The position numbers and the translations under genes are program-made. From Felis catus (taxonomy: Eukaryota): a DNA stretch of 64,000 nucleotides. Shown one piece after another: positions 23,501 through 32,720 of the stretch. How positions within the stretch are numbered: the stretch's first letter is position 1; each line of letters starts with the position of its first letter. The notes beneath the pieces are model-generated. The model saw only the letters and a list, made by a program, of their open reading frames with translations, ran no database searches and was not told the DNA's origin. The DNA is taken from assembly GCF_018350175.1 (NCBI RefSeq), contig NC_058368.1, positions 190,466,001 through 190,530,000 of the forward strand, given 5' to 3'.

Positions 23501-26500
23501 CCTTTTCACTGAGATGGACACTTCTGCTCTGCTTCTTCTGTGCCCAGTCTTAGCAGACAGCTGGGCAATGGCCCAGAGTCTCAAGAAGGAATCTGCAAAT
23601 TATCTAAGACTTGTTTCTTTCTCACCCTCCCGTTCAACGTCCACTTCCTCTTGATCTCCCTGCTAAGCATTTCTGGAATCTGTCTCTCTCCCTTTGTTTC
23701 TACTGGCTCTGAATTTCGGACCTGGGACCAGATGATAACTGATCATCTCATCTGGTTATTTCCTTATCCTCTTAACTAGACCATAACAAGCTTAAGATGT
23801 TCCCATAGTTTCCCACTGCCTACAGCATTAAACGGAGACTTACCAGCATGACTGGTTCCTGCCCATCTCTGTGTCATCCTCTGCCACTCCACATTCCTTC
23901 ACAGCCTCTTGCCATCCCACTTGGAACCACACCGTTCCATGCTTCATGGCTTTTCTGATGCTGCTCTACCTAAAAGGCCCTTACTATCTTTCATTGCTAA
24001 TTCTTACCCAACCTTAACTCAGTTCAGGTGTTACTCATTCAACAAACACTTACTGAGCAACAAGTGTGTGCCAGGCAGTGTTGGGGTCCCATTGTTGAGC
24101 AGGCAGAGGGACACTATCCTCATGGAGCTTAATTCTAGAAGTTCTTACTGAACTATGATGGTAGGCTACATGCCTCTCCCTGTGCCTGCCCTCATCAGCA
24201 ACCTTCCATGGGTCCATCATTACCTCGGCCCATGGGGCCACTGGTCTTCCTTCTGTAATGTACTATAAATTTCATGATGGTGGGGCCATGCCGTGTTTAT
24301 CTTAGCATTCTTAGTGCCTGGAATAGTACTTAGCGTTTGGTAGATTCTCAGTATGTTTTCCTTGATGAACTCAATTATTGTTTGTACATAAAAACATCCA
24401 TGTCTCATGAGACCTTCACCTTCTGGAGAACACTTACCCTTGGTCCTCCAGAACAGGTCAGCCATCCTTGTGATATACCCCTACATCTTGCATTATTTAT
24501 TCCCAGAATTTTGCACAATTAGGACATTATTTTTTCAACCACTCACTTTTTTTTTGTTGTTGTTGTTTCAATTTGATTTCCTGAGGGCGCCTGGGTGGCT
24601 CAGTCGGCTAAGCATTTAAATTTGGCTCAGGGCATGATCTCACAGTTTGTGAGTTCGAGCCCCGCATCAGACTCAGTGCTGACAGTTCAGAGCTTGGAGC
24701 CTGCTTCAGATTCTGCATCTGCCTCTCTTTCTCCCCCCACCCCACCTCAAGCTCTGTCTCTCTCAACAATAAAACAAAAAATTAGAAAAAAAATTGTTTA
24801 AAAAAATTTGGTTTTCTGCCTTAAGTTGTAAATTTCATCAGCCAGGCTGATGGTCAGGCTAGCACAGTACATGGCCTATAATAAATGCATAATAGATATT
24901 TGTTAACTAATGGATTGGCACATTTTTTTGGCTGGATAAAAATCCTGAATGTGTTGCTGGGACCTACAGAAAATGTAGACCCAATTGCCTGCTGACCTAA
25001 TGCCCCACTCTACCCATCTATAAAATGGAGATATTCCTGTGGCATAATGTTGGATAGCAGCTGGGTATCAGATAAAACCATTTCAAAACAAATGTGTTGT
25101 AAATAAATTATACAAAAAGAAAAGATGGGATTGAAAGATTAAACACATCAACTAAAATTCCAGATGAGGTTTGAAATGCCTATTTCAGGATGTGGTATTT
25201 TATTCCTCCACAGAAAATACAAACATTTCCCCCCACTTTTCCTCCCCAGAATCCGAGACAGCCATGGTTGTGCAGAATGAAGCTCAATCAGAAGAGGTAA
25301 AATTTTCGTGAAGTATTTGAAGCATGGGACTTCCATTTTTAAAATCCACAATAGAGGTTTGCAGAAATGAACTGGGGAGGACAGATCTGTCTAAGCAGCA
25401 ACGGTTGTGAGCTAGCTGAGGAATCTGTAGACTTGTGCTCTTGGCAGAACTAACATTCATATTGTTACTTCTATATGTGCAGATGCTTTGGAAACCAATA
25501 AGAAAAAAACCCATACAAAAACATGGAAAGATCATTATGTGTTCCTTCTGCATGGCCCAGGGTTAGTGACGTCCTGCAGAATCAACCCTTGCCACCGGCA
25601 TATTTCTTATTTGCTGACCGTGCCTTTCATTAATTTTTATCATCACAAAAGTGGTTCAAGCTGCATCACGTAAAAACTGTCAGCAGTATAGACACCTATA
25701 AGGGAAAAGGGAAAAAGGTCCCCATCCCTTCTTTCTTCCTTCCCTTCTCCTTCTGCAGAGAGAGATTGTTGTCCCTCCTTGCTGCTGTGTTGGAGAAAGG
25801 GACAGGAAGGTGAGGAAATGGAGCATGACCTGGGCAGCAGAGGTGGCATTGAGCCCCTACCAGAACTAGGTGCTGCCTGCAGAGCAAAACTCCTCAAATG
25901 ATTTGGTGTCAGAAGTCCTGTACACTCATAAAAATTAAAACAAATTTAAAGTGATGTTAATTCATTTAAAAGCAAAGAAAGCAAATCTATTACTTGTTGA
26001 CCTAAATAACGTTTTATGAAAAATAACTCTATTTTCCCCGAACGAAAAAATATTAGCAAGAGAAGTGGCATTAGTGGCATTGTTTGACATTTCTGCAAAT
26101 CTCATTAATGTCTGGCTTGCTAGGAGACAGAAAGATACTCTTATCTGCTTGCATATTCTATCATCGGAATGGTGACAGTAGTCCATTACTTGTCACGTAA
26201 CCTCTGGGAAACCCTACCTTCCATCTTGTGAGAGAATGACAGTGAAAAGGGCAAATAATGTCTCATGAAAATCGTTTTGATCTCATGGGTCCCCTGGCTA
26301 CACTTTGAGAACCACTGCTGTCAAAAAGTTGAAATTGAATTCCATTTTCCTCTTCTATCTTGTTGCCTCTGGAGGTCTAAGTCAGCTGAGGTCCTGAGTT
26401 GCACAGAACTGGGCAGAACTCAAAGGGTTTAGGTGGTAGCCAATGAAGAGACATGACCATGGAGAACACAGGGCTCACAGCACAGCTCTTTCCTATCTTC

Positions 26501-29170
26501 AGACCCCTGAGCCCCACAGCTCATATGCCTGATGTCGGAGACAGGAAGATTTGGGGGTCTGGGAAAATGTTCCAGATTTTCGGAGATTATTTTTAAAAAC
26601 TTCTGATTTGTAAGGCTGTCTTGTCTTGATCTTGAGACATGTCGGGCAAAATGGGGTGAGAAGCAGTGAAGCTGCTGGTGGAGGGAAGATATGATTGGGA
26701 CCGGAAGCTGTGTGAGTATGAAGTTCAGAAACGAGTGGCCCCATCACCTTCCCTGTGTCTCACCAGGTAAAAATGGTCATCAACCCTGACCTGCTAATGA
26801 TCATTGCTCCCTCCGTGGGATTTGTGCTGTTGGTGTTGCTTGTGGCGTTTTTCCTTCGAGGTAAGGAGGGCAGGCCCAGGTGGGATGGAGCCCTCAGAGC
26901 TGTGGAGGCTCCAGGAGGGCCTGGGAGTGAACAGATTCTGCTTTCTGCCCCTGTCTCCATCCCCCAGAGTCCTCTTTCCATCCGGTCCCTATCCTGGTCA
27001 AGGGAAACTCATTCTCCCTAAGATGCTGAAGCCTTCATGTATCATCTTCCTGATGGAGTTTATATTTTGGAAAAGAAAAAAAAAGAGAGTACTTTCATTT
27101 ACTGGATGCATAACCTGTGACAGTTCTGATGCTATGCTCTTGATGTGCCTCTTTTCTCCCTCATTACTGCCTTAAGTGGAAAGTGCCATTATTATCATTG
27201 TCTGGGGTGGAGGAAGTTGTGGCCTGGCCTCCTCCTCTGACTAGGACTGCCCCAGGAAGAAAGCCATGAAGGATCTTGGCCTTATTATCTCCTTAAAGCA
27301 AGCTTTCCTTACCTGGGTTCCACAGAGAGACCTCGGGGAAAAGTGAATCCCTTGAAATGTGTAAAGGTACTTGCATGTTGATATCTGCATTTTTCAAGGG
27401 GCAGTGTCCACAATTGTTATTAGATTCTCCAGCCGGTCTGTGACCTTGCACCCCTCCTTCCCACCACCACTCCTCACTTTCAAAACAATAGTTTTGAAAC
27501 ACAGCAAAAATGGTCATGAAACAGGGTTTTAAGTTGTCATGCAAAGTATAGGCATGTGGCATCTGGTCCTGTTGTAAAATGGGGGAAAACTGTTCTGTAG
27601 TCATCAACAGAAACTGTTTCGAAGTGGTAGATAAGGAGATAAGACTGGTAACCATCTCAACTGCTTTGAGCAGCAGTAGCGAAACTTGCACATTTCAGCA
27701 CCTGTCCCTAGTGAACACCGCCAAAGGGAACTTGAAACTCAGTGGAAGCCTGTCTTTAGCCTTCATGCAAAGCCCTCTTAAAGGCAGAGGCCATTGGTCC
27801 TCATACAGTTTTGGAAATTCTGAGTATGTCTCATAAGGAAGTGTTTTAAAACTTGAGTGAGTGCTTGAATTATGAGTGGGCAATGACTTAAAAATGAAGC
27901 GGCTTAACACTATTGCCCACACATGGGAACACCTGTGTAAGTGATGGGCACTGCCTCAGGACCCATAGAGGCAGTCACTAGATCTGGGAAAAGGAATGCA
28001 TTTCCCTGCCTAAACCAGTCCCTAAATTCTCACCTTTGGTCCACCTCTGCTCTTGGGAAGGCAGCTCCTGGCTTAACCCAGCATTTCACATGTCCTAACA
28101 CAGCTACTCTGCTTATTCCATGGCCTTGTCTTTTCAGGGAAAGTCATGAAAACCAATTGTTTCCAGAAACACACAAGGTAATTCATCTTGCATGACTGAT
28201 TGTTGTAATGATTGTACAAGCTGTTACAAATGATTAGATACTACTCAGTGGTTTAATGACTTGTTCTTGTGTTCTGATGAAATACAGGGTTGGAGAAATG
28301 TGGCATTAGAGGTGAAAAAGATGTGGGATTCAGCTCACATTAACCTCTGTCCTGGTTAACACTGTGTTATGTTTGTCCGAAATATAAATACAAAGGCAGG
28401 TTGCATTAATAGAAGCATGGCATGCAAAAGAGAGAAGGTGATATGTCACTATCCTCTGTGTTCAGAATTTTTTGTTCAACTCTGAGCAATTCATTTTAAA
28501 AGGATGTTGTTAAACAGGAGTTTCCAGAGAAGAGAGCTGGCAGTGGGGAAAATGAAAACATGTAGAATATCATTCCTGGGATTTGGTGCCTCTGCCCAAT
28601 TAGATCATTGTAACAGTTTCTTTTTTTTTAATAGTCTGAAGAGTCTCTGGAAAGAGATTTTGAATATCTGTCCTGTTTTATAGCTTTTTGGGAAAGAAAT
28701 GAAAAGATTTGGTGTCACCTGATGAAGACTGTGCTTTCATTAACAATTATGTCAATGCCAAAATATCAATTAGCAAATAAATATTAACAAGTGGGGAAAC
28801 TGGGGCTTAGCAAGGTGACTTTCCAAGGTCATAAACACATTTAGATCACAATTTTATATTTTGCCAATATAGAAACTTTTAATTCCCTTATTAGAATAGA
28901 TTTGCAAAAGCCCTTTATCTCCTGCAGCCTCAGTTTTCCCATATGTGAATGGAGAGGCTTGGACCGGATGGAGTTTGAGCTCTTTTAACTCTAACAGCCA
29001 TGGTTAGTGGCCTTGTGATTTAGCAGCATCCGTTTATTCCTGGTCCTGGTGTTTCCCATTTTCAGCCTCTCTTTTCTCTTTACAGGCTTGACAATGTTGG
29101 AGAGTGTAAAAACACCTCTGAAGATATGCAGCATGGAGGGGAAGTTGAAGATGGTCTTTTCACACTCTAA
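2331..29170 (+). CDS. TIMD4: T-cell immunoglobulin and mucin domain-containing protein 4 (TIM-4), 5'-partial; join(2331..2669,5234..5461,6846..6929,8262..8345,25250..25296,26767..26860,28138..28177,29086..29170)
   Basis: Eight GT-AG exons join in one frame (1001 nt, first codon split with the missing exon 1). They give an IgV domain with the WFND PS-binding motif, a Thr-rich mucin, a stalk, a TM segment LLMIIAPSVGFVLLVLLVAFFLR and a tail ending EDGLFTL*, all characteristic of TIM-4. Confidence 0.96.
3349..3559 (+). mobile_element. CAN-SINE (SINEC)
   Basis: GGGGCACC head, A/B-box-like tRNA part, (CT)n linker, AATAAA/polyA tail, degenerate TSD aagatgg. Confidence 0.93.
4097..4250 (-). mobile_element. 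LINE-1 (L1MA-like) extreme 3' end
   Basis: ttaacaaattttcaagtatacaa...ttcatcttgcttgactaaaattt matches my recollection of an antisense L1MA 3' terminus. Confidence 0.6.
4262..4820 (-). mobile_element. LINE-2 remnant
   Basis: ttcatttgctca...ctaccatgtgcc...atggagcttacagtctggtgggaga, the antisense L2 3' end. Confidence 0.7.
4823..5052 (+). mobile_element. Young feline SINEC_Fc-type CAN-SINE
   Basis: CpG-rich body (gccaggtcacgatctcgcggtccgtgagttcgagccccgcg). Perfect TSD TAAAAGATTGTTCTAG at 4808 and 5053. Confidence 0.96.
5234..5461 (+). CDS. TIMD4: TIMD4 exon 3, mucin domain (228 nt, phase 1-1)
   Basis: ggttacag|CTCCAACA ... ACTACAG|gtacat. Thr/Pro-rich: APTTKRPTTTTALTTTIAVLPTTAVTTPELTT...PSMGAPTFTT. 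Confidence 0.93.
5575..5932 (-). mobile_element. MaLR solo LTR (MLT1-type)
   Basis: ctagggttgtcataacaaatgccacag...aacaacagaaatttattttctcataattctggaggctagaag...ataaggacaccagtcatattg. Confidence 0.85.
6147..6187. repeat. Perfect 19-bp tandem duplication TTAAGTCTCTGCCTTGGCA x2
   Basis: Read directly from the sequence. Confidence 0.95.
6250..6354. repeat. CT-rich low-complexity tract ending in poly-C
   Basis: Near-pure polypyrimidine run. Confidence 0.9.
6846..6929 (+). CDS. TIMD4: TIMD4 exon 4, stalk (84 nt, phase 1-1)
   Basis: ttttatattccag|AATCAG ... CCAGAG|gtatga. Encodes ESESFFLSSDSERSTEVTSGNIALLTSR, resembling recalled human ESETVLPSDSWSSVESTSADTVLLTSK. Confidence 0.9.
7660..7895 (+). 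mobile_element. MIR SINE
   Basis: Core gggaaagttatttaacctctttgggtcttggcttcctcattgataaaatgggaataac. Confidence 0.8.
7938..8088 (-). mobile_element. CAN-SINE with internal deletion
   Basis: Antisense SINEC lacking the central ~55 nt that carry the B box. Confidence 0.9.
8193..8258. repeat. (GTTTT)n microsatellite abutting the exon 5 acceptor
   Basis: About 12 units immediately before cag|exon 5. Confidence 0.95.
8262..8345 (+). CDS. TIMD4: TIMD4 exon 5, stalk (84 nt, phase 1-1)
   Basis: ttttttcag|AATCTG ... CAAGAG|gtaagg. Encodes ESEGWGLQSTSQTSMWEMSESVTFPQPR, resembling recalled human ESKVWDLPSTSHVSMWKTSDSVSSPQPG. Confidence 0.92.
8620..9400 (-). mobile_element. Old LINE-1 (L1ME-like) 3' fragment
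   Basis: Antisense L1 motifs such as ggctttgccaatttattttcccacccacagtgt and ctttccatatgtttattagcca. Confidence 0.6.
10300..10670 (-). mobile_element. Tandem MIR remnants
   Basis: cctattttagagataagaaatggaggctcagagag and attatcacctccattttagag. Confidence 0.7.
13020..13880 (-). mobile_element. LINE-2 remnant
   Basis: Purine-rich antisense L2 motifs (ggctgaagaatttagattttatt, gttttaggaaacattgctctgg, tctaatgggcagttgg). Confidence 0.6.
16610..17075 (+). mobile_element. MIR interrupted by a CAN-SINE
   Basis: tgacttgggcaagtcacctgacatctct before the SINE and gtgtctggcgtgtagtatagttaagtgctt after it. Confidence 0.65.
16773..16964 (-). mobile_element. CAN-SINE (SINEC)
   Basis: Antisense body with TSD tgca(a/g)agcattttct at 16758 and 16967. 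Confidence 0.93.
17378..17694 (-). mobile_element. CAN-SINE with an expanded AT-rich tail
   Basis: Antisense body 17511-17694. TSD ggaactca(g/a)tgact at 17363 and 17695 encloses the AT-rich stretch. Confidence 0.92.
18294..18312 (+). promoter_or_regulatory. Candidate CTCF-binding site
   Basis: GGTCCAGAAGGGGGCAGCA matches the CCASYAGRKGGCRS core at all but one position. Confidence 0.5.
19141..19458. mobile_element. MER58B-like hAT-Charlie element
   Basis: gtcagcacacttctgtaaagggccag...tgtagtacaaaagcagcc...ctatagtttggcaaccct. Confidence 0.8.
19985..20190 (-). mobile_element. LINE-1 3' end (L1MC/MD-like)
   Basis: ttattttgaaacagttttagactc...ttgcaaaaatagtacagaga...ttcaccagttttacatgcattc. Confidence 0.7.
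20280..20502. repeat. (TA)n/(CATATA)-type AT-rich simple repeat
   Basis: Read directly from the sequence. Confidence 0.9.
21319..21544 (-). mobile_element. Young feline SINEC_Fc-type CAN-SINE
   Basis: CpGs largely intact. Perfect TSD ATCTTCATATTTTTTTTT at 21310 and 21545. Confidence 0.96.
21835..22282 (-). mobile_element. MaLR solo LTR (MLT1-type)
   Basis: caacacaaatttatcgtctta...ggaggtcaggagtcctaaaattgaggtgtcagcagggcc...taattacatctgcaaagatgccctatttc. Confidence 0.85.
23230..24368 (+). mobile_element. LINE-2 remnants (with a short inverted L2 piece near 24030-24140)
   Basis: gatgactcccaaatc... and ...gtgcctggaatagtac; tcattcaacaaacacttactgagcaacaagtgtgtgccaggcagtg is in the opposite orientation. 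Confidence 0.6.
24585..24806 (+). mobile_element. CAN-SINE (SINEC)
   Basis: gggcgcctgggtggctcagtcgg head, gttcgag B box, A-rich tail. Confidence 0.93.
25250..25296 (+). CDS. TIMD4: TIMD4 exon 6, membrane-proximal stalk (47 nt, phase 1-0)
   Basis: cttttcctccccag|AATCCG ... GAAGAG|gtaaaa. Encodes ESETAMVVQNEAQSEE. Supplies the phase 1-to-0 bridge needed between exons 5 and 7 and resembles recalled human ASDTAVPEQN. Confidence 0.83.
25905..26317. mobile_element. Charlie1-like hAT transposon end
   Basis: agtggcattgtttgacatttctgcaaatctcattaatgtctggctt...cacactttgagaaccactg-type terminus. Confidence 0.7.
26767..26860 (+). CDS. TIMD4: TIMD4 exon 7, transmembrane (94 nt, phase 0-1)
   Basis: ccctgtgtctcaccag|GTAAAA ... 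CTTCGAG|gtaagg. Encodes VKMVINPDLLMIIAPSVGFVLLVLLVAFFLR. Confidence 0.92.
28138..28177 (+). CDS. TIMD4: TIMD4 exon 8, cytoplasmic (40 nt, phase 1-2)
   Basis: cttgtcttttcag|GGAAAG ... CACAAG|gtaatt. Encodes GKVMKTNCFQKHTR. Confidence 0.93.
28395..28550 (+). mobile_element. CR1/L3 LINE remnant
   Basis: ttgcattaatagaagcatgg...cattttaaaaggatgttgttaaacaggag...ccagagaagag. Confidence 0.55.
29086..29170 (+). CDS. TIMD4: TIMD4 exon 9 coding part to TAA
   Basis: ctcttttctctttacag|GCTTGAC. Encodes LDNVGECKNTSEDMQHGGEVEDGLFTL*. Confidence 0.95.
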
Positions 29171-30370
29171 CGGGCCACCTTTTCTTAGGATTGAGGATGG
29201 GGGCATCATGTGGGAGTTGTCAAAATAAGTCCTAGAATGTTTTGTTTTTAAAGCCCCATCTATTCCACTGGTGTCATCCATTCAGTCTTGCATTAATTTC
29301 ACAAGTGCAAGGTATTTTAGAGACCGAACCTTCCCTGCCAGGTGCTTTAATCTCTGTAGCATCAGGCTAAGGGATCTTCCAGACTACGCTTGAATAATTT
29401 CAGTGATGGTGAGCTCACTACCACACCTAAAGGAGATCATTCAATCTCAGGGCAGTTCTGAGACAGAAATATTTAAAACAAAGCTGTCTCCAGAAAGCAC
29501 CTGCCTGGCGGTCCTAGTTGAATTTACTGTGTTTACCCAGAACATGTATAATCTCTCTCCTCTCTGGCAGCGCTCCAGATATTGGAAGGAGAGCTTCATG
29601 TCTCTCCAAAGTACCTTGCTCCTGGGACATGATTTCTGGTCCCTTCTCTACTCTAGTTGCCTTTGCCTTGTATGCATTTGTATCTCTCTCTTTATGCCCA
29701 GTTTACGGAGTTCAGTGCCCCACTCCAGGTATGGTATGAGCAGCCCTGGGTCTCATCAATAATTCAGGAAGTAATGTGGAACCACACCATAATTTCGGCT
29801 CACCCCCTGTTTTGTTTTGTTTTTTTTTAAAGAGAAGATTCTCCCTTAAGGAGTGCTCTGCAGTGGTGGGTGTGTGGTCACACAGAGTCAGGAGTTTCCT
29901 GCAACAGGAGGCAAAGGTCCAGGTGGAGGTGGTTGTCAGAGACCTCATTTAAGCTGGAATTTCCCTGGACTCGTACAGTAGCTTCCAAGCCGCCTCCCAA
30001 TCTATGCCCCTTCCCTTCTTGATTGGTTCTCCATGCTGTGGCAGAGATATCCTTTTCTAAATACAGATCGTAGATTCCTGTCTCCTGACTTCTACTTTTG
30101 GCATAGAGAAAGCATGTGGGCTCTGCCTGAGGCTGGGTGGCTGGGTGGCCGGGACTTCAGAGGCTAGGCAGCCGACATAGATGAGTGAGGCAAGGGGAAG
30201 TGCTGGGCCGTTACAAAGTGGAATGTGTCTGTGTCCACTTGAAGGCATTAACACTCCAACTTAGAATAATGACCTGGCCAAGCAACACATGGCCATCGGC
30301 TAGAAGAAGGCAACTGGTCTGAGACTCCAAAGTCCAGGGGGTAGGGTAGGGTTTTGCCAAATGATGACTT

Positions 30371-30376
30371 AATAAA
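30371..30376 (+). terminator. Candidate TIMD4 polyadenylation signal AATAAA
   Basis: First canonical AATAAA I found after the stop codon (~1.2 kb downstream). A closer non-canonical signal cannot be excluded. Confidence 0.35.
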
Positions 30377-30759
30377 TATACAATTCTTATGCTGAGACTT
30401 CCTAATCAGAAGAGATCGTTGGTCTAGTTTTTCCTCTCTCTCCCTCTCTGTGCAATCAGGATGAATTGGTAGCCACCTACAAATAACTTCCTAGTATCTG
30501 GGCCCAGGAGAGAGAATCACTTCCCTTACAGAGCTTAAAAATCTAAATGAGACAAAACACATATGGGAAATGCAACAGAATGGAATCAGTGTTGATTTTC
30601 CATTTGCACAAGGAAGGGCTTTGATGGAGACATCGTTCTTACAGCTGATGTTTATATAGTGGGTCCACAATCAAACCTTGAGGATTTAGAACAACCTAAT
30701 TCTGCAACCTGGACCTTGGTCTTTCTAGGCTAAATGAGATAACCTCCAGTCCTTAAAAA

Positions 30760-30990
30760 GCATTTGCTATGGTCTAGGTACTCTACCAAGTGTTTCAAGG
30801 CAATTTCTCATTGGGTTCTCACAGCAGCCCAGTGAAACAGGTAAATTACTCCTGCTTTTGGAGCTGAGAAAACAGAAGCAGGGAGAGGTGAAGAAACTTG
30901 TCCAAGGTCACATGGACCAACATCCCTATGACAGAGCAGGGCTTTGAACCAGGCTGGAAGGACTCTACACTCTTAACCACTACCCTGTGC
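30760..30990 (-). mobile_element. MIR SINE
   Basis: tgagaaaacagaagcagggagaggtgaagaaacttgtccaaggtcaca...ctcttaaccactac. Confidence 0.8.
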
Positions 30991-32359
30991 TTCACAGCGA
31001 GGGCCTTAATTTAACACTTTGTGCATATAGAATTGCGATATTGGCCTGTGTTGGTCCCAGATGGATTTTAGTTTGCTCAAATCCATGGCGACCTGGGTGT
31101 TTTGATGGTTCTCCAATCCCCAATCCTTTATAGCTCAATCTTCCCTGATCCCCATATTATTTACTCAGAATCTTATTTGCATTTGCAGAGGAAGCTGCAA
31201 GTGGAGAACCTGGCAGGAACCTTAATGAAGCCAGGTGGGACACATTTAAATGGGAATGTGTTGAACTAACTCATGAAGAGTTGGAGCCAAGCTGTCAGCA
31301 GGCTTAATGAAAGGTTAACAGGAATCCAGCAATGGGTGGCTGGGGAGACTCTTTGTCTCTCTAAAGAAAACAAAAAGTTGAGAAGTGAGTTCCCTGGGTG
31401 GAGGCAGGATCAGAAGGAGGAAGCCACTTGTAATCAAAAGCCTGGGTCTCAAAATAGAATTTCATTGGATTTGTAAACATGTTATAGTCGTTTAAAAAAA
31501 AAAAAAAGCTCTGTGAGTTCTCGGCTCTCTGAACATCAAAGGACAGCGAAGAGAAATGTACTAGATGGAGTATGATTAATGCTGATGTTTTTATGAGGGT
31601 CTTGGAATGTGCTGGAGGTGGCTGCTCACAAAATGGAAGGTGGGTTTACTTTCCAACTGAGCTGGAAAGGTGCTGTTCTGCAGTTGTATGCTTTATGGGG
31701 TGCTGCACGTGGAGTGGAGGGTGGGTGCAGGAAAGACACCCACGTATCCAACAATTCAACTCCCATGTTTTAGCTGATGAAACCGAGGCCCTGACAGGGG
31801 TCCTTAGTTACCCCAGGCTACACAGTAAACCAGTAAACCAGTGCTAGAGCACAGACCTCAACCATCTCGCCTGGACTTACCTCTGTGGCCATGTCACAAA
31901 CCTGTCGTTGGAGTTTTCTAGGTCCACCTGGATCTGCCTGATTATTTACCCTTCTGAAGTAACATTACATTCTTGGTTCATGCATTTCTTTCCCTTGACC
32001 CATCTTTCCCAGCAAACCCTTGACCCTAGGGTGACTGACACTCCCAGAAAGAGGAATCAGAATGTAGAAGTGTAAAACTTGGCTGTTCTGTTGCTCTTTG
32101 AAGAACACTACCATAACTAGGGCGACTTGTCCTTGTCCTGCATGCTGGAAACCCCCTCAGTCCTGGACAAACTGGGATGATTGGTCCACCTGAGTCCATA
32201 ACTAAACTAGAGCTGAAAACAACCACCCTTGGAGTTCTTTCAATCACCTACTCTTGGCTTTCTTGCAGCGATGATGTTTTCACCACAGTGGGACTCAAGT
32301 GGAGTTTAATTTGTTTAGATCCCCTCTTAAAATGGACTACTAACTCTAGATTCTAGACC

Positions 32360-32720
32360 TTTGTTATTCAGAATGTGGGGCTCAGACCATGCTGTTGTCA
32401 TCACATGGGAGCTTGTTAGAAATGCGGAATGTCATTCCCCCACCTCGAGCCAGAGAATCAGAATCTGCATTTTAACAAGGTCTCCATGTTATTCATACGA
32501 ACATCAGGTTGAGAAGTACTGGCCTAAAGCATTGATTTTCAAAGTCGACAGCACATTGAAATCATATGGGGATTTCAGTATTAAAAACTACTGATGTTCA
32601 ACTCCCCTCTGAAATCCTGATTTTAATGGGCATGGGGAGGGGGGAGAGACCTGGCTATCAAGAGTTTTTATGCCACCTCGGATAAAGCTAATACTCAGCA
32701 ATGACTATGAGCCACGATTC
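32360..32720. mobile_element. Adjacent MER5-type MITEs
   Basis: catcacatgggagcttgttagaaatgcgga...gaatcagaatctgcattttaacaag, followed by a second degenerate copy. Confidence 0.75.

Noticed and set aside
25759..25809. Pseudo-exon with a good acceptor and gtgagg donor in intron 6
   Set aside because: Wrong phase to serve as exon 6 and no resemblance to TIM-4. There is no evidence it is used, although at 51 nt it would be frame-neutral.
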